From Octopus vulgaris (Eukaryota): a DNA stretch of 64,000 nt. The DNA lies in the NCBI GenBank assembly GCA_951406725.2, contig OX597820.1:65224001-65288000 (forward strand). Reading direction: 5' to 3'. The number at the start of each line of letters is the position of its first letter. Position 1 is the stretch's first letter. The notes beneath the pieces were generated by a model. The model was given only the letters and a program-made list of their open reading frames with translations, did not search any database and had not been told where the DNA came from. The position numbers and the translations under genes were made by a program. Below are positions 27,283 to 39,875 of the stretch, one piece after another.

Positions 27283-28495
27283 CCTATATATGTATTTATA
27301 AGTTAGTACATTTGTATTTTCTAATTATTTCTGTGACAAACCGGAAGCCGAAACTTGGATACCGCAATCTGATGGCAGTTTTCAGCGGTAATAAATAAAA
27401 TATATAATTCTTTAGTAACTTATAGACTGATTTTGAGTTCTATGCAGAAAATTCGAGTTTTTTCTTTCTTCTAATAAACTCGCACACTGCCTGTCTCCCT
27501 CATATGACACGCATACACATGCATACGCACAGGAACACACACTTACACACACGCGTATATATAAGAGGAGAGTGTATGAACATGGGAGAGAGAAAAATCA
27601 GAGACGGAGAAAGAAAGAGAGATTCATAGAAAAATCCATATTTGGGTGACACCTAATAATATCTGTAGCTTCAAAATTACAGTATTTATGTTAAAGCCAC
27701 CGGGGTAACTGTATGACATATAAAATATGCATACATATACACATACATGAATACAAACACACATATAAACACACATATTAATATATACATATGTGTTTTA
27801 ATGTATATATTATGTAAGTAAGTATTTGTATCTATCTGTCTGTATAAGTATGTACTGGAATAATTTTCATTATTCTTTCTAATATTCTAAGAAATAAGTA
27901 AAACGCTTCTGAAAAATTTCATATTAATATTATTCCGTGTGAATTACTAAACAATATATATATATTTGTCTCCAACTTATGGAAATTTCATGTTATTCAC
28001 ACATCTTGATATCTCGTTAACAATTTGCAAATTTTCATATTGTGAATGGTTTACATTCTAGTCTCGTATATAAAACGACGGTAGGCCTGTCTCTCAGTTC
28101 GGTTTCCAATGCGGTATAAAGACATTCACTATCTCGTGTTATACTTAAGACTTAAGGAAAGCGATACGAACGACATCATGCCCATCATGTTACTCGGCTG
28201 GGCACCACTGCTTGGTTGATAAATATCTTCACTAGAGTTCACCGTATTGCAAATCCTTCGATCAACCTCATATTTTCCAGCTTCTTCTGGTTATCAAGCC
28301 AACAGTCTCATATAGATTTTCTAGTTGGGAGACCACGTAAAATCTCATTATTCTCAGCGAAGGCCTTTCTGTAATGAGTAACCAAAGAAAATTTCTATGT
28401 GGATATACGGTTGTATTGTTTGATTACTGAAATTCCATTTCGTCAGATCAGTTTTGAATATCTGGCCCATATATATATATATATACAAGGCTTGA

Positions 28496-28640
28496 GGGCG
28501 CGTGTGCTAGTGATTAGGATGTTGCACTCAAGTTATTGCGATCGTGATTTCAATCCCTAGACGGGGTGGGGCATTGTGTTCTTGAGCAAAACACTTCATC
28601 TCACGTTGCTCTGTGATCACTTCGATACCTGACGCGTAGC
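28496..28640 (+). mobile_element. tRNA-derived SINE family C, 5' part
   Basis: GGGCGCGTG..TAGTGATTAGG..TTCAATCCC..TTCTTGAGCAAAACACTT..TCACGTTGCT, homologous to 45888-46172. Confidence 0.6.
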
Positions 28641-29126
28641 CATGCTTCAATCATTTTGAGGGCACTCACTCAGAAGAATTGAGATCAAAAAGGACGAATA
28701 CAATACGCGGTTCAGACTATTTCACACAACTGTGTTTCATAGAATCGTGAAGTTCAGGGTGATGATAAAAATACGAGATAATAATACTAGAAGAGGTTTG
28801 GCAATGTCACATACAAACTTGCTCATGACAGACAGATAAACATTTGAAATACAAACCCAATGCTTAAAACGTGATTCACTGCCAACTGTTATATCTAGCT
28901 TAGAAACGCTTAATTATGGACAAGGTACACTCCAAATAGAAATGACGGAAATAGTATTACAGTGATGTTCAGCATGATGTTTGTTTTCATTGAGTAGACT
29001 TATGTTGAAAAGCGTTTAAATTATAATAGCAACATCGACAGGTCGGTAAATAAGTATATTATCAAATTTCGTTTTGGGATTTGGTTTGCAATATTCTTTA
29101 TATGAGTTCGTGTGTTGAAGCATTTT

Positions 29127-29365
29127 CTGTTGTGTCTGGGGAGAGTCATTTTCTTTTTCTGCCTTGCAATTTAACACACTCACCGGTAAAATTTCCACTT
29201 ATTTCTTATTTTTATTTTTATTTTTTATAATCAAGACAATTGAAAAGGTTGCAAGACGCAAACGAAAATTTTAGGAAGATAAAAATGAGAAATAAGTGGA
29301 AATTTTACCGGTGAGTGTTGAATTATAAGGCACAAAAAGAAAATGACTGTCCCCAGACACAACAG
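29127..29365. repeat. Fold-back pair of family H3 with ~85-bp inverted arms and a hammerhead-like motif in the spacer
   Basis: Arms at about 29127-29215 and 29281-29365. The spacer contains TTGAAAA-G-GTTGC AAGAC GCAAAC-GAAAATTT-TAG. Confidence 0.7.
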
Positions 29366-29674
29366 TATATTATCAATGATTTACAGTAAAATTTGAGGTA
29401 AGCTTGGTTGAATTTCTAGCAGTTCTAGTTACCATAGAAAGGTTTCCCAATTACTATATACTAATGTTTTTTAACGTTCTTTACCATTCTGTTTTCAAAT
29501 CCCGGCGGGATTATCTTATCCCGGACCTTTACGTGCACGAAACTTAAGAATGATTTAAATACTATCCTAAGTTAAACAAACAGTGCTCTTCTCTCAAACT
29601 ATATAGCTCATTGCCTCTATCTGGAACCTCTATTATTTACTTCGTCTTTACTCAATTCTACTTCTATTATGTAC

Positions 29675-29705
<31 letters not shown>

Positions 29706-30085
29706 TTAGACATACACAGATATTGAATACATATATTTGTATTATATAAGCATAGACGTATGTTCGTATATGTATGCCTATATTCTCGTTTATGTATGTT
29801 TGTATACGTCCCAGAGTATTTGTCCTCGTTGATTATTTAAATGTTGTGTGTTTGTTTCCCTTTTCCCCTTGCAGCAAACAAAGAAATCCTCATTATTAAT
29901 TGTATTAATATTTATTAATATATTTTCTTTTGTTGTTGTTATCGTATTTATCGTGAAAAGACGTGTCTCGAAGCAGCTCGTGTTTGAATTCTTTTAATAT
30001 TTGTATTCTCCAGCGTAAGATAAAATTTGCTGCTTTTATTGTAATGCTATTATATGAAGGAAGAAGTGCAAACCTTCACTGTTAA

Positions 30086-30141
<56 letters not shown>

Positions 30142-30217
30142 GTAATATATTTATATATATCTATACATATATCTATATATGTATATATATATGTTTATAC
30201 ATACATATATATATATG

Positions 30218-30286
<69 letters not shown>

Positions 30287-30326
30287 AACATATATATATT
30301 ATATGTATCTATTTGTATATGTGCGA

Positions 30327-30366
<40 letters not shown>

Positions 30367-31334
30367 TATATATATACATGTGTGTGTGTGTTTAGGGGGC
30401 GATATATTGTTAATTGTTATGTTTCTGCTGTGAGACAGATATTCATTTCAACATGGCTGCGATGGCGATGTTGGACGATGATTCTCATTATGGCGGGAGC
30501 CAACTTTCTCCTTTAAAGCATAGGAAAGTGAATACGATTCTTTTGTGCATCGGAAACAATTGTCCCAATAGCAGCAATAATTCCGACATTGATAATAATA
30601 CCGACAACAACACTGTTATGGAACAATAATGACTTATATACTAGGAAAATTGATAATAGTATTGTACACATGTGAGACAATAATAACAAGAACAGCAGCG
30701 ACAAGAAGAACAACAGGGGTTAACACTGGTTACAGGAACAGCAGAAATTACTGCGGTAGTGAAAATTAAGACGACGAAAATACGGATTATCGACATACGA
30801 CGCTTCAGCGTAGCTATGCTGAAACCTTAAAATTGTGGGCGAAAAATATGGAGAGCGTATTAGGTTGCAGACAGCCAGCAGTATTCGTTTAAAAAGAATG
30901 CTGTTTAAAATGGAGAACATATAAAAGACAAATGCGTTCATATGCATTTCCCATAAATCAAGGTGACTTGAAAAGTACCTTGAGGAAATATCGAAGACAT
31001 TATTAATGAAGCCAGCCAAGCATAAATTATGTGAGAAATAACACTTCTTTGGCTGATTGGGCGCTCACTCAGAAGAATAGAGATCGAAAAAGACGAATAA
31101 AATACACGGTCCAGACAATTTCACACAACTGCGTTTCATAGAATCGTGAAGTTCGGGGTGATGATAATATTACTATAGGGGAAGGGGGTAAGTTATTTAA
31201 TTACAGCTGTCTGTAGGAAACATACTGGTGGGAGGAGGGATCCGTTGAAGACTGGAATACGTCTGAGTTAATGGGAAAACCAGACGAATACAGAGGCATC
31301 CTAGTTACTCAATACATATATATATATGTATGTC

Positions 31335-31600
31335 GGCGAGCTGGCAGAAACGTTAGTGCGCGGGGCGAAGCACTTAGCGGTATTTCGTCTGTCGTTACGT
31401 TCTGAGTTCAAATTCCGCCGAGGTCGACTTTGCCTTTCATCCTTTCGGGGTCGATAAATAATGTACCAGTTTCGCACTGGGGTCCATGTAATCGACTTAA
31501 TCTGTTTGTCTGTCCTTGTTTGTCCCCTCTATGTTTAGCCCCTTGTGTGTAGTAAAGAAATATATATGTATGTATATATGCATATATTTATATATTATAT

Positions 31601-31644
<44 letters not shown>

Positions 31645-32200
31645 TTACTCTCTTTCCTCTCTGTTACTTGTTTCAGTCATTTGACTGCGGCCATGCTGGA
31701 TCACCGCCTTTAGTCGAGCAAATCGAACCCGGGACTTACTCTTTGTAAGCCTAGTACTTATTCTATCGGTCTCTTTTGCCGAACCGCTAAGTTACGAGAA
31801 CATAAACACACCAGTATCCGTTGCCAAGCAATATTGACAGGACAAACACACACATACAAACACAGACACACACACACACACAAATATACATACATATATA
31901 TATATATATGACGGGCTTCTTTTAGTTTCCGTCTATCAAATCCACTCACAAGGCTTTGGTCGGTCCGAGGCTATAGTAAAAGACTCTTGCCCAAGATGCC
32001 ACGCAGTGGGATGGAACCCAGTGGCTGGTAAGCAAGCTACTTACCACACAGCTACTCCTGCGCACGTTCTGAGTTCAAATTCCGCCGAGGTCGACTTTAC
32101 CTTTCATCCTTTCGGGGTCGATAAATTAAGTACCAGTTTCGCAAGTTGTCTATCCTTGTTTGTCCCCTCTGTGTTTAGCCCCTTGTGGGTAGTAAAGAAA
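31335..32200. mobile_element. SINE cluster: family B (+, 31335-31560), family A (-, ~31660-32062), 5'-truncated family B (+, 32064-32200)
   Basis: Direct similarity to the family consensus seen elsewhere in the window. Confidence 0.85.
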
Positions 32201-32778
32201 TATATATATATATAATATATAAATACTTTATTAATAAAGCCGCAAAGACATCATAAAAACTGTTACTCGGAGTTCCACTTTCGTGTTTGTCGGACATATA
32301 TATCTAGGTAAAGCGATAGGGGAGGGGGATACAAAATCGAACGTGTGAGAAACTGACGTAGAGAGAGAGAGAAGGGGGGGGATAGAAGACAAAAAATAAA
32401 GCCATGACAAAGAGAGCAATAGAAAAAGAGGAAGTCTACGCATGCGCGTGCACACACCGTACGTTTACGTATGCATGCGTGAGTATGAAGTGTGCGTATA
32501 GGAGTGTGAGTGTAGGTGAATACGTTTGTGTGCTTTGTGTGTGTGTTTGTGAGAAAGAGAGAGGGAGAAGGAGACAGGGAGAGAGAGAGAGAGCGAAAGC
32601 GAGAAAGAGAATGAGTGAAACAGAAATAGGGAGAATGTAAGAAAACGAAATGAAGTGGGAGAGAGTGTTTGTCGTGGTAACATGCACTGGGGCGATAAAA
32701 AGTGGGTAGAAGAGATTGATGTGAAGAGAGCTATATTTAGCTGAGAGAGTGTGATAGAAAACGAAAGAGATAAAAGGA

Positions 32779-32822
<44 letters not shown>

Positions 32823-32964
32823 GAGAGAGATTCATAGGAGTCTTCGTCAATGACCTGACCTGGTCGTTCAGTGTGTGTGTCAAGTAAAGCTAAATCCTTT
32901 ATTTTGTATAGCCACGACAGTCTCAAGTGATATGCGCCTGATTGAACTTACGGCATACACTCTC

Positions 32965-33372
32965 TATACTACTACTACTACTACTACCGCTGTTACCATT
33001 GCCACCACCACCACCACCACCACCTCCATTACCACTACTGTACCCCCACCACTATTAAAACTACCACTACGAATACTACTACAAAAACCAGCCACCTGCT
33101 ATTAGTATTACTACTAATACTACCCCACCACTACTAATACTACCACAACGACCACTAATACTACTACTACTACTACTACCAAAACTACCACCTGCTATTA
33201 CTACTACTACTACTACTACCACCACCACCGCCAACACTGCTACTACTACCACCGCCTCCACCATTACCACTACTACCACCACCACCACCACTACGACTCC
33301 TACTACCAAAACCACCACCACTGCCACTACTACTACGACGACGACGGCGACAACGACGGCGACGACATCTAC
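32965..33372. repeat. Compound (ACT)n/(ACC)n/(ACG)n trinucleotide repeat
   Basis: Directly visible. It gives poly-T/V/S/G ORF artefacts. Confidence 0.9.
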
Positions 33373-33832
33373 TATTGTTATTGTTAGCCATCTCAAGATA
33401 TGTGTTATCTATAAGTATTTCGTATTTACGTTGCATTGTTGTACTGTCAATGTGGGCAAGGTGTATAGTGTAACCTAGAAATGCACTTAGGAAAAACTTT
33501 CCCTGAAAGAAGGGTTTTGGGGAAGAGGTGACGGGACGTGTAAAATCATCTCGTTTGTTTATTACCGTTTCACTGTCATGCCTTACCCCCCAGTTTCTAT
33601 CTGACCTGATTGCTACGTCACTCATGCGCTTCTAGCATGAATGGACGCGATTTACCATGTGACGAGTTAGATATTAACTCTGTGCTGATGATGATATGCA
33701 GATAGGTGTTAAGTACTGAAGCTAAGATATCTCCTGAGATTCCTAGACGCTGAAATCGTTGCGATCGTTATGGTCGTTGTTATTCTTGCGGTCGTTGAAA
33801 TCATTATTCTCGCTGTTATCATAATTACCGTT

Positions 33833-34031
33833 TTACTTGATTCAGTCATTTGAGTGCGGCCATGCTGGACCACCGCCTTTAGTCTAGCAAATCGAACCCG
33901 GGACTTATTCTTTGTAAGCCAGCCTAATGCTTATTGTATCGAATTCTTTTGCCGAACCGCTAAGTTTACTGGGACGTAAGCACAACAGCATCGGTTGTCA
34001 AGCGATGTTGGAGGGACAAACACAGACACAG

Positions 34032-34069
<38 letters not shown>

Positions 34070-34221
34070 CTTGTTTCTCTCCTTGTTTTTTCTGTGTCCC
34101 TTTCTGTAGAAGAGTGTAGGCTCGAAACGTAAAAGATTGTTTCAATTCCTGAGCGTTATACTAATACATCTGTTTGTTTTGTACACCACCTGTCTTCGTC
34201 TTTTGTTTTTTCGTAAACTCT

Positions 34222-34305
<84 letters not shown>

Positions 34306-34460
34306 TTACAACGGACTTCTTTCAGTTTCCGTCTACCAAATCCACTCACAAGGCTTTGGTCGGCACGAGGCTATAGTAGAAGACACTTACCCAAGTTGCC
34401 ACGCAGTGGGATTGAACCTGGAACCATGTGTTTCGTAAGCAAGCTACTTACCACACACCC
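33833..34460 (-). mobile_element. SINE family A with a family H2 element nested in its internal microsatellite
   Basis: SINE tail at 33833-34030 and head at 34310-34460 flank the insert at 34068-34224. Confidence 0.8.
34068..34224 (+). mobile_element. Short (TA)n-flanked element with hammerhead-like motif (family H2)
   Basis: CTTT-CTGTAGA-A-GAGT GTAG GCTC-GAAAC-GTA-AAAG at 34100-34135. Homologues lie at 35933-36135 (+) and about 60440-60590 (-). Confidence 0.65.
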
Positions 34461-34854
34461 ACGTATATGTATTTGTATAAAATATATAGATTACAGAAAA
34501 CATTCCAGAAGTTTAACATGTATCATGTTGCGTATGTACACTTAAATGAGTCAAAACATACATATTTACACGTGCAATGACAACGAAATGTGTTCAAATG
34601 TATGTGTGCTTGAACATATGTACATGCACGCAAGCTTAAAGTGAATGCACCTTTGCAAGTTTCCATACCTATATACATTCTATTTCCATCTCTTATCTGT
34701 TACTTGTGTCAGTCATAGGACTACGGTCTTGCTGGTGCACCATCTTGAAGAAGGATTTAGTCGAGCAAGTCGATACCAATACTGTTCTTTTCTAAGCCTA
34801 TCAGCCTCTGATTGCCGATCCTCTGCATTAAAGGGATGTAAACAAAACAATACC

Positions 34855-35086
34855 TATTTCTTTATTACCCACAAGGGGCTAAACACAGAGGGGACAAACA
34901 AGGACAGACATAGGTATTAAGTCGATTATATCGACCCCAGTGCGCAACTGGTACTTAATTTATCGACCCCGAAAGGATGAAAGGCAAAGTCGACCTCGGC
35001 GAAATTTGAACTCACAACGTAACGCAGACGTAATACCGCTAAGCATTTCGCCGGGCGTGCTAATGTTTCTGCCAGCTCGCCGCCTT
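34855..35086 (-). mobile_element. SINE family B, full-length, with 14-bp target-site duplication
   Basis: AACAAAACAATACC occurs at 34841-34854 and 35087-35100, flanking the element, as expected for target-primed retrotransposition. Confidence 0.92.
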
Positions 35087-36145
35087 AACAAAACAATACC
35101 GGTTGTCTAGCGGTGGTGATGGATAAAGTTACATGTGTGTGAGTGTGTGTATCACTGCGTTTCTGTATATCCCCCATCACCGCTTCACAACCGGTGCTGC
35201 CTTGTTTACGTCCGACTTGCTCGACTAAATCCTTCTTCAAGATGGTGCACCAGCAAGACCGTAGTCCTATGACTGACACAAGTAACAGATAAGAGATGGA
35301 AATAGAATGTATATAGGTATGGAAACTTGCAAAGGTGCATTCACTTTAATGGTGCAGCAAATAGGACCCTATAGAGTAAGGACCAGTCTTTAAACAAAAT
35401 GACGTATTGGAGTCGATTTGTCCGACTAACCTCTTCAAGGTTTTGTCCGACTAAACCCAATAACTGAAACTAATAAAATATGTATTTACATATGTACGCG
35501 TGTAAATTTAGGTGTGATGTTTACATGGTAAGAAACTTGCTTTCCAACCATATCGTTCTGGCCCCCTTGAGCAAGTGTCTTCTACTGTAGCTTCGGAAAC
35601 TGATAGAAGCACGCGTATATATATGTATATATAAATACACGCACACACACACACATACTTTTGATATATATTTAAAATTAAAAAAATTAATTAATTAATT
35701 AATTAATTAATTAATTAATAAAATAATATATAAATATAAAAATATACATACATACATATATATATATTTATATATATATATAAAATTTATAAGTTTAAAT
35801 TATTTAAATAATTTTTTATTTTTAACTTTTATATTTTTAAATTAATTTTATGTATTGGCTTATGTTTTTCACTGTTTGATTTGCCTAATAGTGGTTTTAT
35901 CTCTAATTTAATATAATATATATATATATAAATATCGCCATGATAAATCGTTAGCCACTACACATATTTTTTTTCTTTCCTTGTTTCTCTCCTTGTTTCT
36001 TCTGTGTCCCTTTCTGTAGCAGAGCGTAGGCTCGAAACGTAAAACACTTTTTCTATTCCTGAGCGTTATAGTAATACATCTGCTTATTTTGTACACCACC
36101 TGTCTTCGTCTTTTGTTTTTTTCGTAAACTCTCCCTATATATATA

Positions 36146-36188
<43 letters not shown>

Positions 36189-36414
36189 TGCCCCCGTCCA
36201 CCGCCGCCTGACAACCAGTGCTAATGTGTTTATCTTCCAGTAACCTCCGCGGTTCGGGAAAAACGGGAACAATAGAGTAAGTACATGGTTTTAAAAATAA
36301 AGTACTGGGGTCGATACATTTGACTAAGAAGTCTTCAAGGCGGCTCTCTAGCATGGCTGCAGTCAAATGACTAAAATAAGTAAGATATATTATGTACATG
36401 TTGCCCCCCCCCTC

Positions 36415-36825
36415 TCCAAAGATGGGGCCACCATCACACATTAAACAACTCCCTAACCTGGCTGAGAGAGCGATTGCACAAGAGACTAATCAGTAGGAAG
36501 TATGACGTTGAGTGGAAACCTCATTCCCCGAACTTGAACCCACCAGATTTTTATCTGTTGGGGGTATCACAAGGATAATGTTTACCAAAACAACCCTCAA
36601 ACGATTGGTGAACCGAAGGCAGCAATCACAGCTAAAATCAGAGAAATCTCCAAATAGGAATGTGTTCGAGTAATTGACAATTTTGCGTATCGTATGCAAG
36701 TGTTTGCGCGACGTATGCCATTTGGAGCATATTTTGAAAATTACATGACTTTTATGCAAAGGGAATGATCGTACCTTTGTAAGATTCAATAAATTTTTTA
36801 CGGGTTGTCTTTTGGGGTCACCCTG
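36415..36825 (+). mobile_element. Tc1/mariner superfamily (rosa/maT-like) transposase 3' fragment with right TIR
   Basis: Translates DGA..WLRERLHKRLISRKYDVEWKPHSPNLNPPDFYLLGYHKDNVYQNNPQTI..HLEHIL, a WPPRSPDLNPLDF-like motif. It ends GGTCACCCTG-TA. Confidence 0.8.
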
Positions 36826-37026
36826 TATTTATCGATGTCCTTAAATATATGAGTATGGTAGGTACGTGTGACTAGCTGAATATTTACGAAAACACCTGTG
36901 TGAATTTGTTTTTGATCTACCGACCTGATTATGTGCGTCCGAACGTGCGTACATTCATGATAGTATGCATGCGTGCGTGTGTGAGTGTAAGTACGTGTGT
37001 GTGCGTGCATGATTGTGTATATGTGT

Positions 37027-37086
<60 letters not shown>

Positions 37087-37244
37087 TTACGTGTGAGTGT
37101 ACGCCGTTTCAATCTTCTATGGGGAGTATATTTGATACATGAGTAACCCTCTAAGCTTTTCAATGTGTTGCAAGACAGCGTGTGAGAAATTGTGTAATTT
37201 TATGCGTGAGGATTTTGCGTGCATGTGTGCATGTAAGCGAGTAC

Positions 37245-37278
<34 letters not shown>

Positions 37279-38419
37279 CTGTGTGTGTGTCTGTGTGTGT
37301 GTTTAAAAGTGTGAGCGTATGGGTAGATACATGTGTATGTGTGTGCATTCGTGCGTGAGTTTTTGTCAGTGTATGTGTGAGTGTAATTGTGTATGCTTAG
37401 ACCTGTGTATGTATTTGCGTGTTTGTGCGATTGTATATGTCTTTCTATTTGAGTATGTTTTTGTGCATATGTATGTATGCGTGTATGAAAGAATCGAGTT
37501 TGTAGCAGAGAAATAGTATGACAGAATGCGCCCTAACCTAACCTCCTCCCATACACAGCACGCACGTCGTTTTTCATTCTTTTATTCTATTAAAATTTCT
37601 TTCCCAACCTCATTGACCGCACTGCGAAAGGTCAAGTCCATTAACCCTACCCCGGGAATCCTCGTGGAGGCAACCAAAACTTATAGAAGCTGTCCTTTAT
37701 TAAAAACGTTCAACGCCAAACCCAACTCTTCCCCTTCCCCTTTCCATCTCGTTGCGTTTAACTGTTTCTCACTTAGACGGGCTTTTTCTCTCGCTCTCTT
37801 TCAGACCTGCAATAGATCTAGGTACTAATTTATTACAGATCTACCTTCGAATAAATTTAGACACACACACAAAACACACACACACACAATCACACACACA
37901 TGCACGCACACACACACATACACAGACACAATCATACACACACACACACACAATCGCACAAAGATACGTATATATGGACATGCATACATTCATGTAAAAT
38001 TGCATATACATACACAGACACACAGGCGTACACCCATACACACACACAATCAAGCACACACACAATCACACACATACAATCACACAGCTATTTATATAAG
38101 TATATGCATACATACATCTATATATGTATATACATCCATACACACACATATACAGGTAGATTGATAGATACATAGATAAGCGTGTGTGTATATATATGTG
38201 ATAGTCGGTCTGGTCGGATTCGCTGTATGAATGTACATATGTGAGTATGTGTTTGTGTGTGCAGGTATGTATTTGTATATATACTCTTTAATGCATCTTT
38301 GTGTTGTTGACAAGCCATATAGGTTTTTCTTCAATTCCGCGTAGCTTGGAGGTGCAGTAGAAGAAACTCTGCCCTAGTATGGCCGCAATTCATTGTTTGA
38401 AACGAGTGAATGAACAAAA

Positions 38420-38615
38420 TACGAGTAGGTACTGAAAAATTCCTGGTTTTGGGTAAAAGAAAATACAGGAGCATCAGTTAATTATAATTTTATTCAACAT
38501 ATTCAAACACTTATTAGGTTTTCTAAGCCCAGTAAAAGAATTCGGAAGTCTGGGCCTCTGACTAGGCCTTTTGCAATACCCTCAAAACCAGAAAGTTTTC
38601 AGCACCCTTTCACAT
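38420..38615. mobile_element. Mariner-type MITE copy
   Basis: Degenerate TIRs ACGAG..GGTACTGAAAAATTCCTGG / CCAGAAAGTTTTCAGCACC. Homologous to 55345-55510. Confidence 0.75.
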
Positions 38616-38637
38616 ATATTTATATATATGCATATAC

Positions 38638-38850
38638 AAATTATCACAGAACTCTTACTCCGAGTTTCACGTTTCTCTTCATCGGACAGCTGTGATGAAA
38701 ATTTTTGCTGAAAAGAGTTTTCATCACAACTGTCTGACGAACGTAAAGTGAAACTCTGAGTAACAATTCTGTGATAATTTTGGAGCTTTAATAAAAAAAA
38801 GAAGTATATTATTCTACCTTCGCTATTCGAGTACTACATTTTCCATATAT
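38638..38850. mobile_element. Family H1 element with an inverted duplication carrying two opposed hammerhead-like motifs
   Basis: Inverted arms 38638-38701 and 38718-38780. The plus-strand motif is TGT-CTGACGA-ACGTAAAGT-GAAAC-TCTGA-GTA-ACA (38731-38765). Confidence 0.7.
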
Positions 38851-39061
38851 GCTCTCCTCTGTGTGTGTGTGTGTACAACGAAAACAGAAAATAAAGAAGT
38901 ACTTTTGTTTTCTTTAAATGTTGATTCTTGATAAACCCATGTTTATCCTTATCTTTAACTATAATTTATGAGCATAATATGTTTGCATATGTATGCCCAT
39001 GGTTAAACATAGGTAATATACGGTGGTATAATGGATACTTCTATCCCCTAACTCAACTAAC

Positions 39062-39112
<51 letters not shown>

Positions 39113-39836
39113 CATACATACATACGTACGTACAAACATACCATGTTGTTGAACTTGAAATTGCAACGAATGAGCCTTGACTCTAGGTTAGAAACCGGCT
39201 CTTTCTCTATTGGCAAGAAATCTTGAAATAAAGCTGAACAATGACATACATACATACATACATACATACATACATACATACATACATACATACATACATA
39301 CATAACATATACACGAACATACATACATGTATCTGTCTGTCTGTGTGTGGAATGAAGCTTTATACTTTAAATATGTGCTACTGTAAACATGACGCTGCTT
39401 CAATTTCAACTTTACTTGTTATTAATATTTTTTTAGTGTTTTGTCATATACGTTCTTTGCAACAGTAATAATAAAAATTTTCTAAGTCTATATTCGTTAC
39501 AAGGACTTCTCAGTCTTATCTTCTGGATGAAATCGTTTTAATGCTTTTTATTATTTCTCTTTTATTACTGGCAATTAATCTTGGGGAATGATGTTGTGTC
39601 TGTTTATTTATTCGTTATCACCAGACTTGTATTTTTCTCCATTGACGTCACGTTTCTTTCAACAATTAGCAAATAGTTTTGGCCATGGTGTATGGTTGTG
39701 GTTTATTGCTAGGCTATTTTATTCGTATATTGAGCTTTCTGTCATATTTTTGCCATTAATATGGCTTCTAGTTTTGTGAGGATTTTGCATAAGATAGTTA
39801 GTTCTGTTATCAACTAATGCTTTGTTATTGTATATA

Positions 39837-39875
<39 letters not shown>

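Noticed and set aside
37780-37830. Possible 17-nt micro-exon (TCTCTTTCAG|ACCTGCAATAGATCTAG|GTACTA)
   Set aside because: The donor is weak, the length does not preserve frame, and no partner exons were identified. It needs RNA-seq.
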